From Macrostomum lignano (Eukaryota), in assembly GCA_002269645.1 (NCBI GenBank), contig NIVC01002946.1, positions 1 through 64,000 of the forward strand: a stretch of 64,000 nt of DNA, written 5' to 3'. The position numbers were made by a program, and so were the translations under genes. Of this stretch, positions 48,801 through 61,099 are shown one piece after another (the first letter of the stretch is position 1; every line of letters starts with the position of its first letter). The notes beneath the pieces were generated by a model, which saw only the letters and a program-made list of their open reading frames with translations, searched no databases and was not told the DNA's origin.

Positions 48801-51800
48801 ACATTTTAATCTCATGGATTAAATAAAACTGGATTTAAAAGCTGCTAAGCCGAATTGGCTTAGCAAAAAAGTTAATTAACCTCATCACCTGTGCCTTCAT
48901 TATCTCCCTAACACCCGAGCCTTCATTAACTCTTTGTCACCTGTGCCTTCATTATCTCCTTATCACCTGTGCCTTCATTATCTCCTTATCACTTGTGCCT
49001 TTATTATCTTCTTATAACCTGTGCCTTCATAAGCTCCTTATCACCTGTGCTTTTATTATCTCCCTAACACCCGAGCCTTCATTAACTCTTTGTCACCTGT
49101 GTTTTTATTATCTTCTTATAACATGTGCCTTCATTGTCATCTTATCACCTGTGCCTTCAATATCTCCTTTTGATCTGCGCCTTCATTATCATGCTATTAC
49201 CTGTGCCCTTATTATCTCATTATTACCTGTGCTTCAATGGTCTCCTTATCAGCTTATTCCCACAATATTAAGAAATTCACAGAAGGCATGCAGCCAAGTC
49301 CAGCCGGCCCGCGGCTCTCACCTGTGCGATGAGGAATTTTCACGACGGCATTGCGCAGCACCGGTCGCTTCACCGTGGCGCTGCGGACCCGCTTGCTGGA
49401 GCCCAGCATGGACTTGACGGCAGCGTGGCGGAGCCTGCGGCGGCGGGTTTGGCGGAAAATTAAAAATAGGAAACAGCGCAGCAGCCACTAACCGTCCCGA
49501 TCGATAAAAATTCCTTCATCAAAGAGTCGCATCGAACAGCCGTGAAACGTTTCTCTGCCCGACTGTCCACTCGAGAGTATCGGAAATCGAAGCCGGGACC
49601 TCGCCTGCCCCCACCCTGCTCTGCGATCCTGCCCCCTCCCCTTCACACTCACCTGGCCCGCGACAGCACGCGCTGCATCTGCGAGTTGGAGGCGTCGATC
49701 TCCCTGACCGAGTAGGTGCTGCCGCCGCCCGTGTGCAGCTGGGTGGTCGATGCGCTGCTGCAAAGGAGGAGTCAGGGATGCCACGGGTGAGCAGAGAGAG
49801 CACAGAATCGCGAATTGCAGCTGCCACATCAACCAGAAACGAATTTGGCATTGAGATATGCTGCTTTCTAGGAAACAAAATAGCCATTTTAGGGGGTGAT
49901 CCCCATGCCAGGTAGCCAGCTGCCCTCCTGTTCCGCGGTGCCTCAAACCTATGACGCAGCATTTCCAAATTCCTTGTTGAATTGGCAGGTTTTCGTGACA
50001 ATCAGGTCGGTGCACAGGACAGTTGCTAAGTATAAATGTTCTGTATCTGCTCGGGTATGGGCGGAAGACAGAAGTGATGAGGAGGCGGGCGACAGGAAGA
50101 GATGCTAAGTAAGTCAGGGTGGAAAAGGATGAAAAGGACAAGACATCTTATCAGTGAAATTTTACTGAATTCCCAGCCATACAAGCGAGCATATTTAGGT
50201 TCGTGTGCAGACTCACGAACCCGACAATTCCTGAGATCACCACAGTTCCTGAGATTCCTGAGCTGCTTAATCACACAATCAGGTGCTTAATCACACAATC
50301 AGATGCTTAATCACACAATCAGGTGCTTGATCACACAATCAGGTGCTTAATCACACAATCAGGTGCTTGATCACAAAATCAGGTGCTTAATCACACAATC
50401 AGGTGCTTAATCACACAATCAGATGCTTAATCACACAATCAGGTGCTTAATCACACAATCAGGTGCTTAATCACACAATCGGGTGCTCAATCACACAATC
50501 AGATGCTTGATCACACAATCAGGTGCTTAATCACACAATCAGGTGCTTAATCACACAATCAGGTGCTTAATCACACAATCAGGTGCTTAATCACACAATC
50601 GGGTGCTTAATCACACAATCAGGTGCTTAATCACACAATCAGATGCTTAATCACGCAATCAGGTGCTTAATCACACAATCAGATGCTTAATCACGCAATC
50701 AGGTGCTTAATCACACAATCAGGTGCTTAATCACACAATCAGGTGCTTGATCACACAATCAGATGCTTAATCACACAATCAGGTGCTTAATCACACAATC
50801 AGATGCTTAATCACACAATCAGATGCGTAATCACACAATCAGATGCGTAATCACACAATCAGATGCTTAATCACACAATCAGGTGCTTAATCACACAATC
50901 AGGTGCTTGATCACACAATCAGGTGCTTAATCACACAATCGGGTGCTTGATCACACAATCAGGTGCTTAATCACACAATCAGATGCTTAATCACACAATC
51001 AGATGCTTAATCACACAATCAGATGCTTAATCACACAATCAGATGCTTAATCACACAATCAGGTGCTTAATCACACAATCAGATGCTTAATCACACAATC
51101 AGGTGCTTAATCACACAATCAGGTGCTTAATCACACAATCAGATGCTTAATCACACAATCAGGTGCTTAATCACACAATCAGGTGCTTAATCACACAATC
51201 AGATGCTTAATCACACAATCAGGTGCTTAATCACACAATCAGGTGCTTAATCACACAATCAGATGCTTAATCACACAATCAGATGCTTAATCACACAATC
51301 AGGTGCTTAATCACACAATCAGGTGCTTAATCACACTCACCTGGTTGACGGGTGGTTTGTGTTGGCATTCATGTCCAGGGCCTGTCCGTTCTGAAAATTG
51401 CATTGATTTCAAATGACCGAGATTAAACTGCATTGATTTCAAATGACCGAGATTAAACTGCAATGATTTCAAATGACCGAGATGAAACTGCAATGATTTC
51501 AAATGACCGAGATTAAACTGCAATGACTTCAAATGACCGAGATTAAACTGCAATGACTTCAAATGACCGAGATTAAACTGCAATGACTTCAAATGACCGA
51601 GATTAAACTGCAATGACTTCAAATGACCGAGATTAAACTGCAATGATTTCAAATGACCGAGATGAAACTGCAATGACTTTAAATGACCGAGATGAAACTG
51701 CAATGACTTCAAATGACCGAGATTAAACTGCAATGACTTCAAATGACCGAGATGAAACTGCAATGACTTCAAATGACCGAGATGAAACTGCAATGAATTC

Positions 51801-52625
51801 AAATGACCGAGATGAAACTGCAATGATTTCAAATGACTGAATTTAGTTCAAGCGAGCTCATCTATAAATAGGACACTGCCTTAAACTGTGTCACTTGAAC
51901 TGTAACCCCATTGCTTTCCTCCTTCACCTGTGCCTGACATGAGCTGCAACAAGTGCAGAATCGCTACTCAAAGCTCAGCACCCGAGCCCTCCCTACACGG
52001 ATGACAAGCTCGTGTCAGCTCGAGTCTTCCGTCACGGGACAGCCACCTGACTGCGCTGGATTTCGTCTCCCGGATTCGATGCGGATGCGAAGAGGGAAGG
52101 CAAGGGGAGGGAGAGTTGGGAAAGGCGGTCACGATCTCCCTTTAGTATTTTTCTGTTTCCCTATTAAGTCGCTGGCCTTGCAGTTCACGGGCTGCTTGTA
52201 ACAAAAGTTCACCGCCTCACTTTCTTCACAATGGGCCGAGGCCGTGCTGGCTAATTAGAGTCCCTCCCTCTGGGGTTTGAGAGCTGGGGCTTGGAAGGGG
52301 AGGCTGGCCAGAAGGAGCCGCGCTTCCTCGGGGGTTGTCATGGCAACTAGTTAAAAAATGAGGACCTCTTCTGTCCCCAGTGTGTGTTGTTTCTCTGTCT
52401 GCAGAGGCGCTCATGATGGCTGCTGGTTCCACTCCGGTGAGGAAAACTGAAAGTGCGCGGCAGTGCAAGGAGAGCGGAGAGCTGCTTTGAGCCGCTGCCA
52501 CTTGACTGTGAAGACGAGAAAGCTTTGAGTGGGTCAATTGCTGTGCGCCTGTGACTGATGGCTTCACTGTGACTGCCTGCTTACTGGGGGCTGAGGGACA
52601 GACTGACAGACAGACAGACAGACAC

Positions 52626-52700
<75 letters not shown>

Positions 52701-52703
52701 GGC

Positions 52704-52736
<33 letters not shown>

Positions 52737-52739
52737 GGC

Positions 52740-52792
<53 letters not shown>

Positions 52793-52793
52793 C

Positions 52794-52892
<99 letters not shown>

Positions 52893-52893
52893 C

Positions 52894-52944
<51 letters not shown>

Positions 52945-54428
52945 CACAGACAGACACAAAACACAGAAACACACAAGACACAAGCAGCTGCAGTTCATAA
53001 CTAAACGCCATGGCGATGCAGCCTCAAAAGCAGTCAATGGATGATCACTATGCGAGGAAACTGTGAGTACAAAACAGCACGCATGGGAGAGCTGCAGTTG
53101 CTGCTGCTGCTGCAAAACTAACCGACATTTGAGACTCGTAATTTCGCGTGCGCTGCAAACGAAGTTTCAGTTTTAACGACAAGCGAAGTCTTACAAAATG
53201 TTGCTTTGTAGGGGTAAAATCTCTGCAGGCTTTGCCATACGAATAGCAGCGCTGAATGATTTTTTGAGTTGGTCAATGAAACAAAAACGTTGCAAACCAG
53301 TGAATTCGTGCCAACATTTGAGACCAAGCAAGCACTTGGTTTGCAGAATGCGTATTTGATTTATTATTGGTAAAAGTACCTTACTATACAGCTAGCTTCT
53401 TTAACCTCTTTGCGCTCCAAAAATACCCTCTTTCCCCTCCATTAACACTCTTTCCTTTCCATAAACCCTCTTTTCCCTCCCTCTTTTCCCTACCCTCTTT
53501 CCCTCTCCATTAACCCTCTTTCCCCTCCATTAACCCTCTTTCCCCTCCATTAACCCTCTTTCCCCTCCCATAACCCTCTTTCCCTTCATATAACCCTCTT
53601 TCTTCTTCCAGTAACCCTCTTTCCGCTCCCCGCCTCGCCTCAGCTCACCCCGTTCGCCATCGGGGACACCGAGTTGCCTTTGCCCTCCTCCACGGAGCCG
53701 CCGCCGGCGCCGCAGCCGGAGCCGCCGCAGAGCCGGCACCACCAGCCCTTGTCCTGGCAGTAGGCCAGGATCACCAGGATGGGGAAGAACGCCAGGGTGA
53801 GCAGCGCCTCCCACAGGTCGATGGTGTGCGGGGTGATGACGGCCGCGCACAGCAGCATCCACACGTAGGCCCACAGGCTGAACACCGAGGTGATGCAGAA
53901 CACACCGAACTCCTTGATATGCTTGAAGCCCGGCGAGGCCACGGAGATCACACAAATCCCGGTGATCACCAGCAGGTTGAAGGCCGCGGACCCGATGATG
54001 GTGAACAGGCCCAGCGAGGAGCCCTTCATGTTCGAGTCAATGAGGTGCAGGTTCGAGACGGTCTCGATGATGGCCAGCAGGATCTCCGGCGCCGAGCTGC
54101 CCAGCGCCATCAGCGTCAGGTTGGCGACCGTCTCGTTCCAGACGTAGACGTCCTTCGTGACCGTCTGGCCGAGCTCGACGTCGTAGAAGGTGACAGATTT
54201 CTTCGTCGACGTGATCTTCTCGATGGCGCTCATAAAAGCGTCGCTGGCAGCGGCGATGCCCAGGAAGATGTACAGCATGGCGGCGATGTACAGAATGGCC
54301 CGCAGCCACACGGGCCAGAGATTCTCGGCGGGCAGAAGCAGCCAGCTCTTGCAGGGCTCGGTGCCGTTGGCAACCAGCTCGACCACGTAGCCGCTGCTGA
54401 AGTTGGAGAAGTGGGCGACGGTGGACAT
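39873..54428 (-). CDS. SLC8A: Na+/Ca2+ exchanger (SLC8/NCX family), about 877 aa, 17 exons
   Basis: Phase-consistent exons: 54428-53649, 51390-51341, 49757-49653, 49434-49322, 48555-48453, 48362-48326, 47733-47587, 46229-46067, 45291-45168, 44509-44383, 44283-44193, 44099-44012, 43568-43446, 42624-42549, 41631-41478, 40458-40286, 40052-39873. Alpha-1 repeat [17 protein letters not shown]...GSAAFN; two Calx-beta domains ([13 protein letters not shown]...IIDDD); alpha-2 repeat [10 protein letters not shown]...[14 protein letters not shown]; C-terminal GGELGGP. Confidence 0.95.
40081..40220. repeat. 20-bp minisatellite CCCATGTCTGACAGGCAGTT, NCX intron 16
   Basis: 7 units. Confidence 0.93.
40475..41425. 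repeat. 10-bp minisatellite AGTGATTGAC, NCX intron 15
   Basis: Direct reading. Confidence 0.96.
41745..42470. repeat. 23-bp minisatellite CCAGAGATGGGTATTTAGGCGTG, NCX intron 14
   Basis: Direct reading. Confidence 0.95.
42775..43310. repeat. 22-bp minisatellite CCCCTAGATCCCACTCACTGAT, NCX intron 13
   Basis: Direct reading. Confidence 0.93.
43615..43955. repeat. 21-bp minisatellite AATGAGCAGAGAGGCAGATTC, NCX intron 12
   Basis: Direct reading. Confidence 0.95.
44545..45150. repeat. 26-bp minisatellite CCCTCATTATCTCCTTATCACCTGTG, NCX intron 9 (interrupted)
   Basis: Direct reading; same family as 48880-49255. Confidence 0.92.
44635..44825. mobile_element. 191-bp TG...CA element (solo-LTR-like) inserted in a minisatellite
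   Basis: Ends TGTAGT...ACTACA; flanks TCTGT/CCTGT (5 bp, 1 mismatch); internal TATAAAATA; interrupts the 26-bp array. Confidence 0.45.
45447..46066. repeat. 16-bp minisatellite ATTTGCTCACTCACTC starting at the donor, NCX intron 8
   Basis: About 38 units. Confidence 0.97.
46318..47512. repeat. CT-rich low-complexity array (CCCTGTCTCT variants), NCX intron 7
   Basis: Direct reading. Confidence 0.95.
48880..49255. repeat. 26-bp minisatellite CCTTCATTATCTCCTTATCACCTGTG (degenerate), NCX intron 4
   Basis: Direct reading. Confidence 0.88.
50265..51340. repeat. 20-bp minisatellite AGGTGCTTAATCACACAATC starting at the donor, NCX intron 2
   Basis: About 53 units. Confidence 0.97.
51400..51840. repeat. 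30-bp minisatellite CAATGACTTCAAATGACCGAGATTAAACTG abutting the acceptor, NCX intron 1
   Basis: About 14 units. Confidence 0.96.
52334..52347. promoter_or_regulatory. RFX X-box in NCX intron 1
   Basis: GTTGTCATGGCAAC, one mismatch from GTTGCCATGGCAAC. Confidence 0.55.
52598..52960. repeat. (GACA)n microsatellite, NCX intron 1
   Basis: Direct reading. Confidence 0.97.
53425..53625. repeat. 20-bp minisatellite TAACCCTCTTTCCCCTCCAT, NCX intron 1
   Basis: Direct reading. Confidence 0.9.
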
Positions 54429-54868
54429 CGCGGCCGCTGGTTCCTGGCGCGGTCAGCTGGTCTGATTGCTGCTGAGTTGGCCTGCTGTTGCTGCCAGAGC
54501 GGGGATTCTGAAGCTCTGCTCTGTCGGGCTCCCTGCGGGACTATTTTGCTTGGACTGGGGTGGGAGCGGGCTGCTGGACTGATGAGGCGACGGGCTGGAG
54601 CGAGGTTTTCACGGGCCGCATGGCAACCAAACCCTGTTGGGAGGAATGCTGTCACCCCCCCTGCCGCCCTCCACCCCATTATCGCCGTTCCCTCGTCCCC
54701 CCCACCCGAGCCCCACTGTCCCCTGCGGCCCGCGTGCACGGTGGGGCCAACCAAATTTTGTCGTGCTTAAAGCCAGGTAGCCTACTACCTGCCTGCCCGC
54801 CTGCCTACATTCTTCCCCTTCAGTCTTTCTCTCTTGCTCAAGCATCCCCACCCCGGCGCCCCAACAAT

Positions 54869-54882
54869 GTTTGCATGGCAAC
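54869..54882. promoter_or_regulatory. RFX X-box about 440 bp upstream of the NCX ATG
   Basis: GTTTGCATGGCAAC; half-sites near 54620 and 55612. Confidence 0.5.
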
Positions 54883-55171
54883 GCAACAAGATTGGCTACC
54901 GGAGCTGTGGCAGGTGTACTTTGTCTCTGGCCTCCCTCCTCTGCCCCTTGCTCCTCCTCCTGGTTCTATTATTTTCTATTTTTCAGGCAACGCCAGTGCA
55001 TAGCCTTATGGGGGGCAGAACAGTGACATTGGGATGCAAGGGGCCTGGCTACAAGGAATGGGTAGGAGAGGAGAAGTACCAGACGCGGGGCTTGCAATGC
55101 TGCATAAGAACACGGGGTTTTTTTGGAAGAAATTCAGTGCAAATAATTCTCAGGCTACACAATTGAGGTCT

Positions 55172-55207
<36 letters not shown>

Positions 55208-56354
55208 CAGAGAGGGGACAGGGAGAAGAGAGCTCAGCTCCTTTAGTACACGCGGAGAGAACAGCGCCAACAGGGTCCGCAGCTGCACTCCCATATCCTC
55301 CGCGTGGGCCACTCGCCAATGCAATTGTCGCCGTCTCCACCCCACGAGAGAGCCGCAGACAATGCGGACACTGCAGCTGGAAAGGCGGAGAGTGAGATTA
55401 TGAGGCTGCCTCAGGCAGCAGCAAGCAACCAGAGCCTCCGCTGCATCGACCGCCCAGCAACTCCCCAGCCTCACCAACAGCATCATCACCGCCATCATCA
55501 ATACAATGGCTTCCAGCTGCAATTTTGCCACCCGGTGAGAAGCGAGAGGCAGATGGGGGGGGGGTGGACGGGCAGGCGGAAAGTTAGCGCTGCAGCACGC
55601 GGGGCAGCCGTGGCAACCGCATGGCAAGCAACAATGGTAAGAGAGGCCAGGCAGGCAGGCAGACATGCAGGGATGGAGGAGAGAGAAGGCAGCTGCTGCA
55701 GCTTCCAGTTTTTTTCTTCTTCTAGGAGTAAGCCCCACCTTGCGACTTGCGGCACCTGCAGCAGAGCGGAGCAAGCAGGATGAGGCCAGGCAATAATGTT
55801 CCACCAGAGCATCAGCGCTGCCATGGATGCAAAACTGTGTCCATTTAGTGCGGATCAGCGTATTTACTAGAGACTCCCTGCTGCAATTTCTGCAACAACC
55901 CCCGCATCTATCGACGCCAACAATGGCGTGGCAGTTTCTTACAGAGGGAATTTTCCATTGCTGCTGCTACTTCAGAGCCAACTGGCATGGCCAGAAATGA
56001 GAGCATTTTCTCACTGTGGAAGAAACACCCGCAATTTCGTCAGCCACTATATCGCCCCCCGTCTGCTGAGGAGTGAGTGGGAAAAGGCGATTTAGAAGGA
56101 TCTTAAAAGCAAAAATCTGAAAGTGCAGAGGCAGTGCATGAGGCTCTGTGTCTGCAGTTGCTGCATCAAAAACACGGGCTCGTTTGTCAGATTTTGGGAC
56201 GATTTCTGTGTCATTTTTAACAGCCTGGACTCAGGAAGCCACGTGCACTTTTATTGCTGCTCTCAACCGCGCACTGCGCAGTTCCGTTGAAAACTTGAGT
56301 CTCACAACTCAACTCGGCTATCCTGAGTGTCAGTCCCCAGACCTCGACCTTCGA

Positions 56355-56560
56355 TGCAGCTGCACATGCAAGCTGGGTGTAGCTGTACTGTACAAAGCTG
56401 GGTGTAGCTGTACTGTACATGTAAGCTGGGTGCAGCTGTACTGTACATGTAAGCTGGGTGCAGCTGCACTGTACATGTAGGCTTGGTGACATTGTTGTAG
56501 CTGTATTATACATAAGCTTGATATAGCTGTACTAGCTTGGTATAGACTAACGCACAGTCG
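56355..56560. repeat. About 28-bp degenerate minisatellite GTAGCTGTACTGTACATGTAAGCTGGGT
   Basis: Direct reading. Confidence 0.8.
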
Positions 56561-57102
56561 TTACAGCTAGTACATGTACCTGTCAGGTGTCCAATCATTC
56601 TGAGGCATGTACAGTTTGTTGCAGAATGTACAGAGGGCAGGATGGATTGCCAATCGTCCCATCCACCCTTCAGTGCTACAAAATGACGAAATACGCGTAG
56701 CTGCCTGCCTCTGTGACCAAACAGCCGAAACTTTATCTGACGAGTAAAAATAGACTCTTTATTCTAATTGCTAAAAATACTTTCGAGCAATACAGAGACA
56801 GAATCGATATAATCGTTGATAAAAATGTTATACAAACGTTTAAATAAAGTTTTATACTGTGTAATTTTGGTATTCACTAAGTAAGAAACACTACTCTAAT
56901 GTTCTTATAATAATTGGGCCGGCTAACAAAGACAGCTTATTTTTTGTTTACATTTCTAAGAATATTGAGCGCTAGAAACCCTTGTAAATCCGTTAGTGAC
57001 AAGGCTAGTAATTATTTAAAAACCTTACGATACAGTATACTAATACTGTATACTAATTATAAGTATAAGTATGAGTATAAGTATAAGTAAAGTATACTTT
57101 AG

Positions 57103-59488
57103 TATACTTTAGTATACTATACTACTAAAGAGTTAGTTAGACAAATTCAAAACAACATCACAGTAGAAATAAAGAACCCGCTATGCTCAACACTACCTCG
57201 CTTCCTTAAAGATTTAAGAAACGCTGCTAGACATGCCTGCAGAAGATATAAAACCTTCCCTACTCCCAGAAACCTCTCAAGCAAAATGCAACTCAAAAAA
57301 ACATACGAAAAAAAGCTCACTTCATGGAAATTTGAAACAACTCTCTGTGCAGACAACATGATCAACCAGGCCTTTATTCAAAACGACACAAAACAACTTT
57401 GGAACCTGTTAAAAACACCAAATCCCTCAAACAACAGAGTAACAATTGATGAAAAATTTGTCATACACTTCCAAAATCTTGTAACTGAACAAGACAGCAG
57501 CATTAGACTATCATACGATCTTCACCTTGACAACCCTATTCTGGCTGATTTAGAGGATTTCAATGCCCCATTCACCAAAGAAGAAGTTATAAAACATATC
57601 AAAAAGCTCAAAACCGACAAAGCACCTGGGCACGATAAAGTACATGTAGAAACACTCAAATACCTCGAGAACGAACTTGCTGACCTCCTATGCTCACTTT
57701 TCAACGAAGCACTCAAACAAGGAACCTTCCCGACTAGTTGGATAACAAATACACTTCATCCGATTTATAAAAACAAAGGCAGCAGTGCCGACCCCAACAA
57801 TTACAGAGGAATCTGCATTCAACCAATTCTTGGCAAGCTCCTTTGCCAAATTATTAAATCCAGACTCGAAAACCTAGCATACGCAAACAACCTTATATCA
57901 AAATACCAATACGGTTTCAAGCCCAATCACAGCACAATCGACCAATGTTTTAATCTTTACAACATTATAAACCAATCCATTTACAACAAAGAAGAACTCT
58001 TTATTGGATTTGTTGACTATGAAAAAGCCTTCGATAGCTTAAACCAACCGACCCTTTGGCACAAAAAAAGACAACCAGGGTATTAAAGGTCAAATGACAA
58101 AACTTATCAAGAACATGCATAAAAATGCCTGCTTCATTCTAAAAAAATATGATGATGATGATGAAACCCAGCCAATCCCAATATCTAAAGGTGTTCTTCA
58201 AGGCAATCCTCTCTCTACCATCCTTTTTGAGCTATATATTGACGACATTGTTGAATATCTTGAACTCTCTAGCGCTAGACGCTCTCTTGCGAGATCTGCT
58301 TTCCCACTCATCCTACTCTTTGCGGACGATCAAGCCATTCTAGCAAAAAACAAAGACGAACTTCAAGACACATTTATGACTATGGAAAATTACTGCAAGC
58401 AAAATTACTTGAAAGTAAATGCAAGCAAAACAAAGTTCATGCAGGGCAGTACCAGACAAAAAAACGACACAGAAAGCTTTGCTACAAAAATATTCTACGA
58501 CAACCAAGAAATAGAGGAAGTAAATGAATTTAAATACCTAGGAATTATTTTTGAACCAAAAAACAGCTTTAAAAAATGTATTGAACACCAAACTAAGCAG
58601 GGATATACAGCCATGTTTTCCCTACTCCACAAGGTAAAAAATACGTCCCTGGACATCACACTCATTCGCAGACTATTCGACGCGCTTGTTACCCCCGTTA
58701 TCACGTACGGCTGTGAGCTCTGGGGCCCTCTGGCTACCATTTCTGAAACAAAAGCTATTGATAACATTCAGCTGAAATTCTACAAATATCTCCTCAATCT
58801 ACCAAAATTTGCTAGCAACAGTGTGATATCATCAGAACTTGAGCTTACTCCAATCTCCCAACGAATCGCTAAAACCTACCTTACCTACTGGCTGAAGATT
58901 AGACACCAAAAACTTTGCCAAACGACACTAGAAATTTTCTACTCAAACACCAGCCAAAAAAATCCATGGAAAACGAATGTACTAAAGAAACTGGAAAGTA
59001 TAGACTTAAAAGCACTAACTGAAGATAAACTTTCCCAAAGCTTTAATAACGAGAAATACCTAGTGAAAAAGCACCTCAAGATACACAGAGAAAGAGAACT
59101 TAGCCAAAAGCTAGAGAATATGCATCATATTAAACTCTACAAAAACGCCTATCTCTACAAAAAAATCTGCAGGCCCGACCTTTCAGATTACTTTCCATGC
59201 ACATTTAGAAACAAAAAATTCCTAACAACCCTCCTAAAACTGAAATGCGAGATTACACCCAACATTTTTTCTCAAGAAGCATGTAGACTGTGTGGAGCGA
59301 GAAATGGTTCAGATATCCTACACTACTTGACCGAATGTCCACAAACTGAAGAGATCAGAAAAAAATACTTCTGTCAATACCTCTTAAATGACAAACAAAT
59401 ACACAAGATAGGATATGCTACAAATGAAAAAAGAGTCAGAAAAGAGCTCACTGGTGTATCTAAAATATATGAAATCATGAATAGCTAA
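57103..59488 (+). mobile_element. 5'-truncated non-LTR retrotransposon (LINE) ORF2: reverse transcriptase + C-terminal Cys/His motif, one frameshift
   Basis: KAPGHD, NYRGICI, QYGFKP, FVDYEKAFDS, GVLQGNPLS, LFADD, FKYLGI, ITYGCELWG, CRLCG...HYLTECP. Frame open from 57103, no endonuclease domain; frameshift in the A7 run 58063-58069. The 3' UTR probably runs to about 60060. Clade not assigned. Confidence 0.93.
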
Positions 59489-61099
59489 AACAGTTATTCA
59501 AACTGAAACAGATACATCAGCAGTGTAATAAATCCGCTTTTCAGTTGTTTATTCATTTACTGTCTTTTTTAATTTCCTATTTAATTCGTCGTTAATCGTT
59601 AGACGTTAAGTTCGTTCGAAGTGTGTTTATGCTCGTTTTTCACGCTTTGAAATATCACGCGCTTTCAAAAATACTATATCTTTTTACAAAAATCGCCTAT
59701 TATTGAGAACAATCCTTAATTATACTAGATATTTGTTATATTGACAAAATAATATTTAACTACCTTTTCTGAATCGCATTTTAGAAGAATCGTTTTGTAT
59801 TAAGGTCATATATATATACAACATCGATTTTCTATTTTTCCTTGCTTAGAATCTTGTTCTTCCGTCGTTAGTCGTTAATCGGCTAAAAAACCGTAAAAAA
59901 AATTCCAGACGCTCTTTCAAATACCTTACTTAATACAAATATCGTAACTCGTTTCCAGCGATTGTGTAAAAATTTAACCTTTTGAATAAATACTAAATAC
60001 ATCGGATTATACTGGCATAACAGGCTCCTTAAGCCTGAGCCAAATCTACTACTACTATACGACGAAGTTCATATTATAGAACAACTTAAATTAGTTCGAA
60101 TAGGCCTAGTCTAACTCTAAGTACCCTCTTGTCTTGTCTTGTAGTGGATCATGTGGATTGATCTTAATTGTTAATAATCATGATAATAGAATCTTGAAGT
60201 GGCAGAGTAACATGATAGATAAGCTAGGGTTTTATGGTGACGTAGTAATTAATTAGCAAGCGGCATCGCATCGAGACAGACGAACAGCTAAAGCAGCTGA
60301 TAAAAGAGTTGCAATGGATTGCAAGTTGTTGCAACTAAATCAACTTATGTCTATAAATGCCTCAGTGACTCACCGTGTCGGTGTGTCTTAAATCTAGCAG
60401 TAATTACGTGTGCTTTTATTTTGTTTTTAATCCAAGTAGGCCTAAAGAGAAACGAATCCAGCTACCTAGGAGTTATTTTAATTAGGGACCTGGTAGTGTA
60501 GGCCTAGTATACACATACATGCACAACTTCTGAAATTACGCTGGCCGTGCGACTTAGTTTTCGATAAAAAATGCGACTTACCTATGAAAGAGCCAAGCAA
60601 AAACTTTAGGTAAACGGCAGGAGTAACTATGACCATATTTTTAAAGCTAAATGCCTCGCCAGCTAATTAGTGCTGCGTGCAGATTCCGCGTTTTTATAAC
60701 AGCTAATCAGTATGTCATCTAGTGGCGGCATGAAGCAATTAGTAAATTGTCAGTACAGTGTAGTGAGCATACTACAAAAGTCATGATTCATGAATGTCCA
60801 GAAGTAAGTGAAGTGAATACAGTGTGACCTAGGCTATAGCTCAAGAACGATTTGCTAGACAATTTGGCATGGAAGATGAGAGCCCTGATTCAGATGGCTC
60901 ATCAGATGCAGAATACGAATCCAGTAGAGATACAAGCTGTGAAAACCCACAGATTTTTAAACCACTGAATTCTAATTCCCGGAACTATTTTTGCATAGAT
61001 TCTAAATTTGAAGTCATGCTCAAAACAAAACTTGTTAACAGTTAGGAAAAAGGCAAAGATGGGAGTAATGTATGTTAAACTAAGATTTGAGGCCTTTGC

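Noticed and set aside
53826-54770. Long ORFs antisense or alternative-frame to NCX exon 1, PRDM8 last exon and PDE8 catalytic exons
   Set aside because: Expected shadows of GC3-rich coding sequence; no motifs.
55049-55824. Minus-strand ORFs upstream of NCX as a signal-peptide exon
   Set aside because: Low-complexity Cys/Ala-rich translation, with no convincing donor in phase with an acceptor before ATG 54428.
57040-57125. AGTATA/TATACT repeats at the LINE 5' junction and (CTA)n near 60046 as TSD or tail
   Set aside because: Only about 6 nt of low-complexity similarity, so element ends cannot be fixed from one copy.
60830-61045. Short acidic frame MEDESPDSDGSSDAEYESS
   Set aside because: Under 75 codons, no recognisable domain or supporting exons; could be a TE remnant but I cannot support it.
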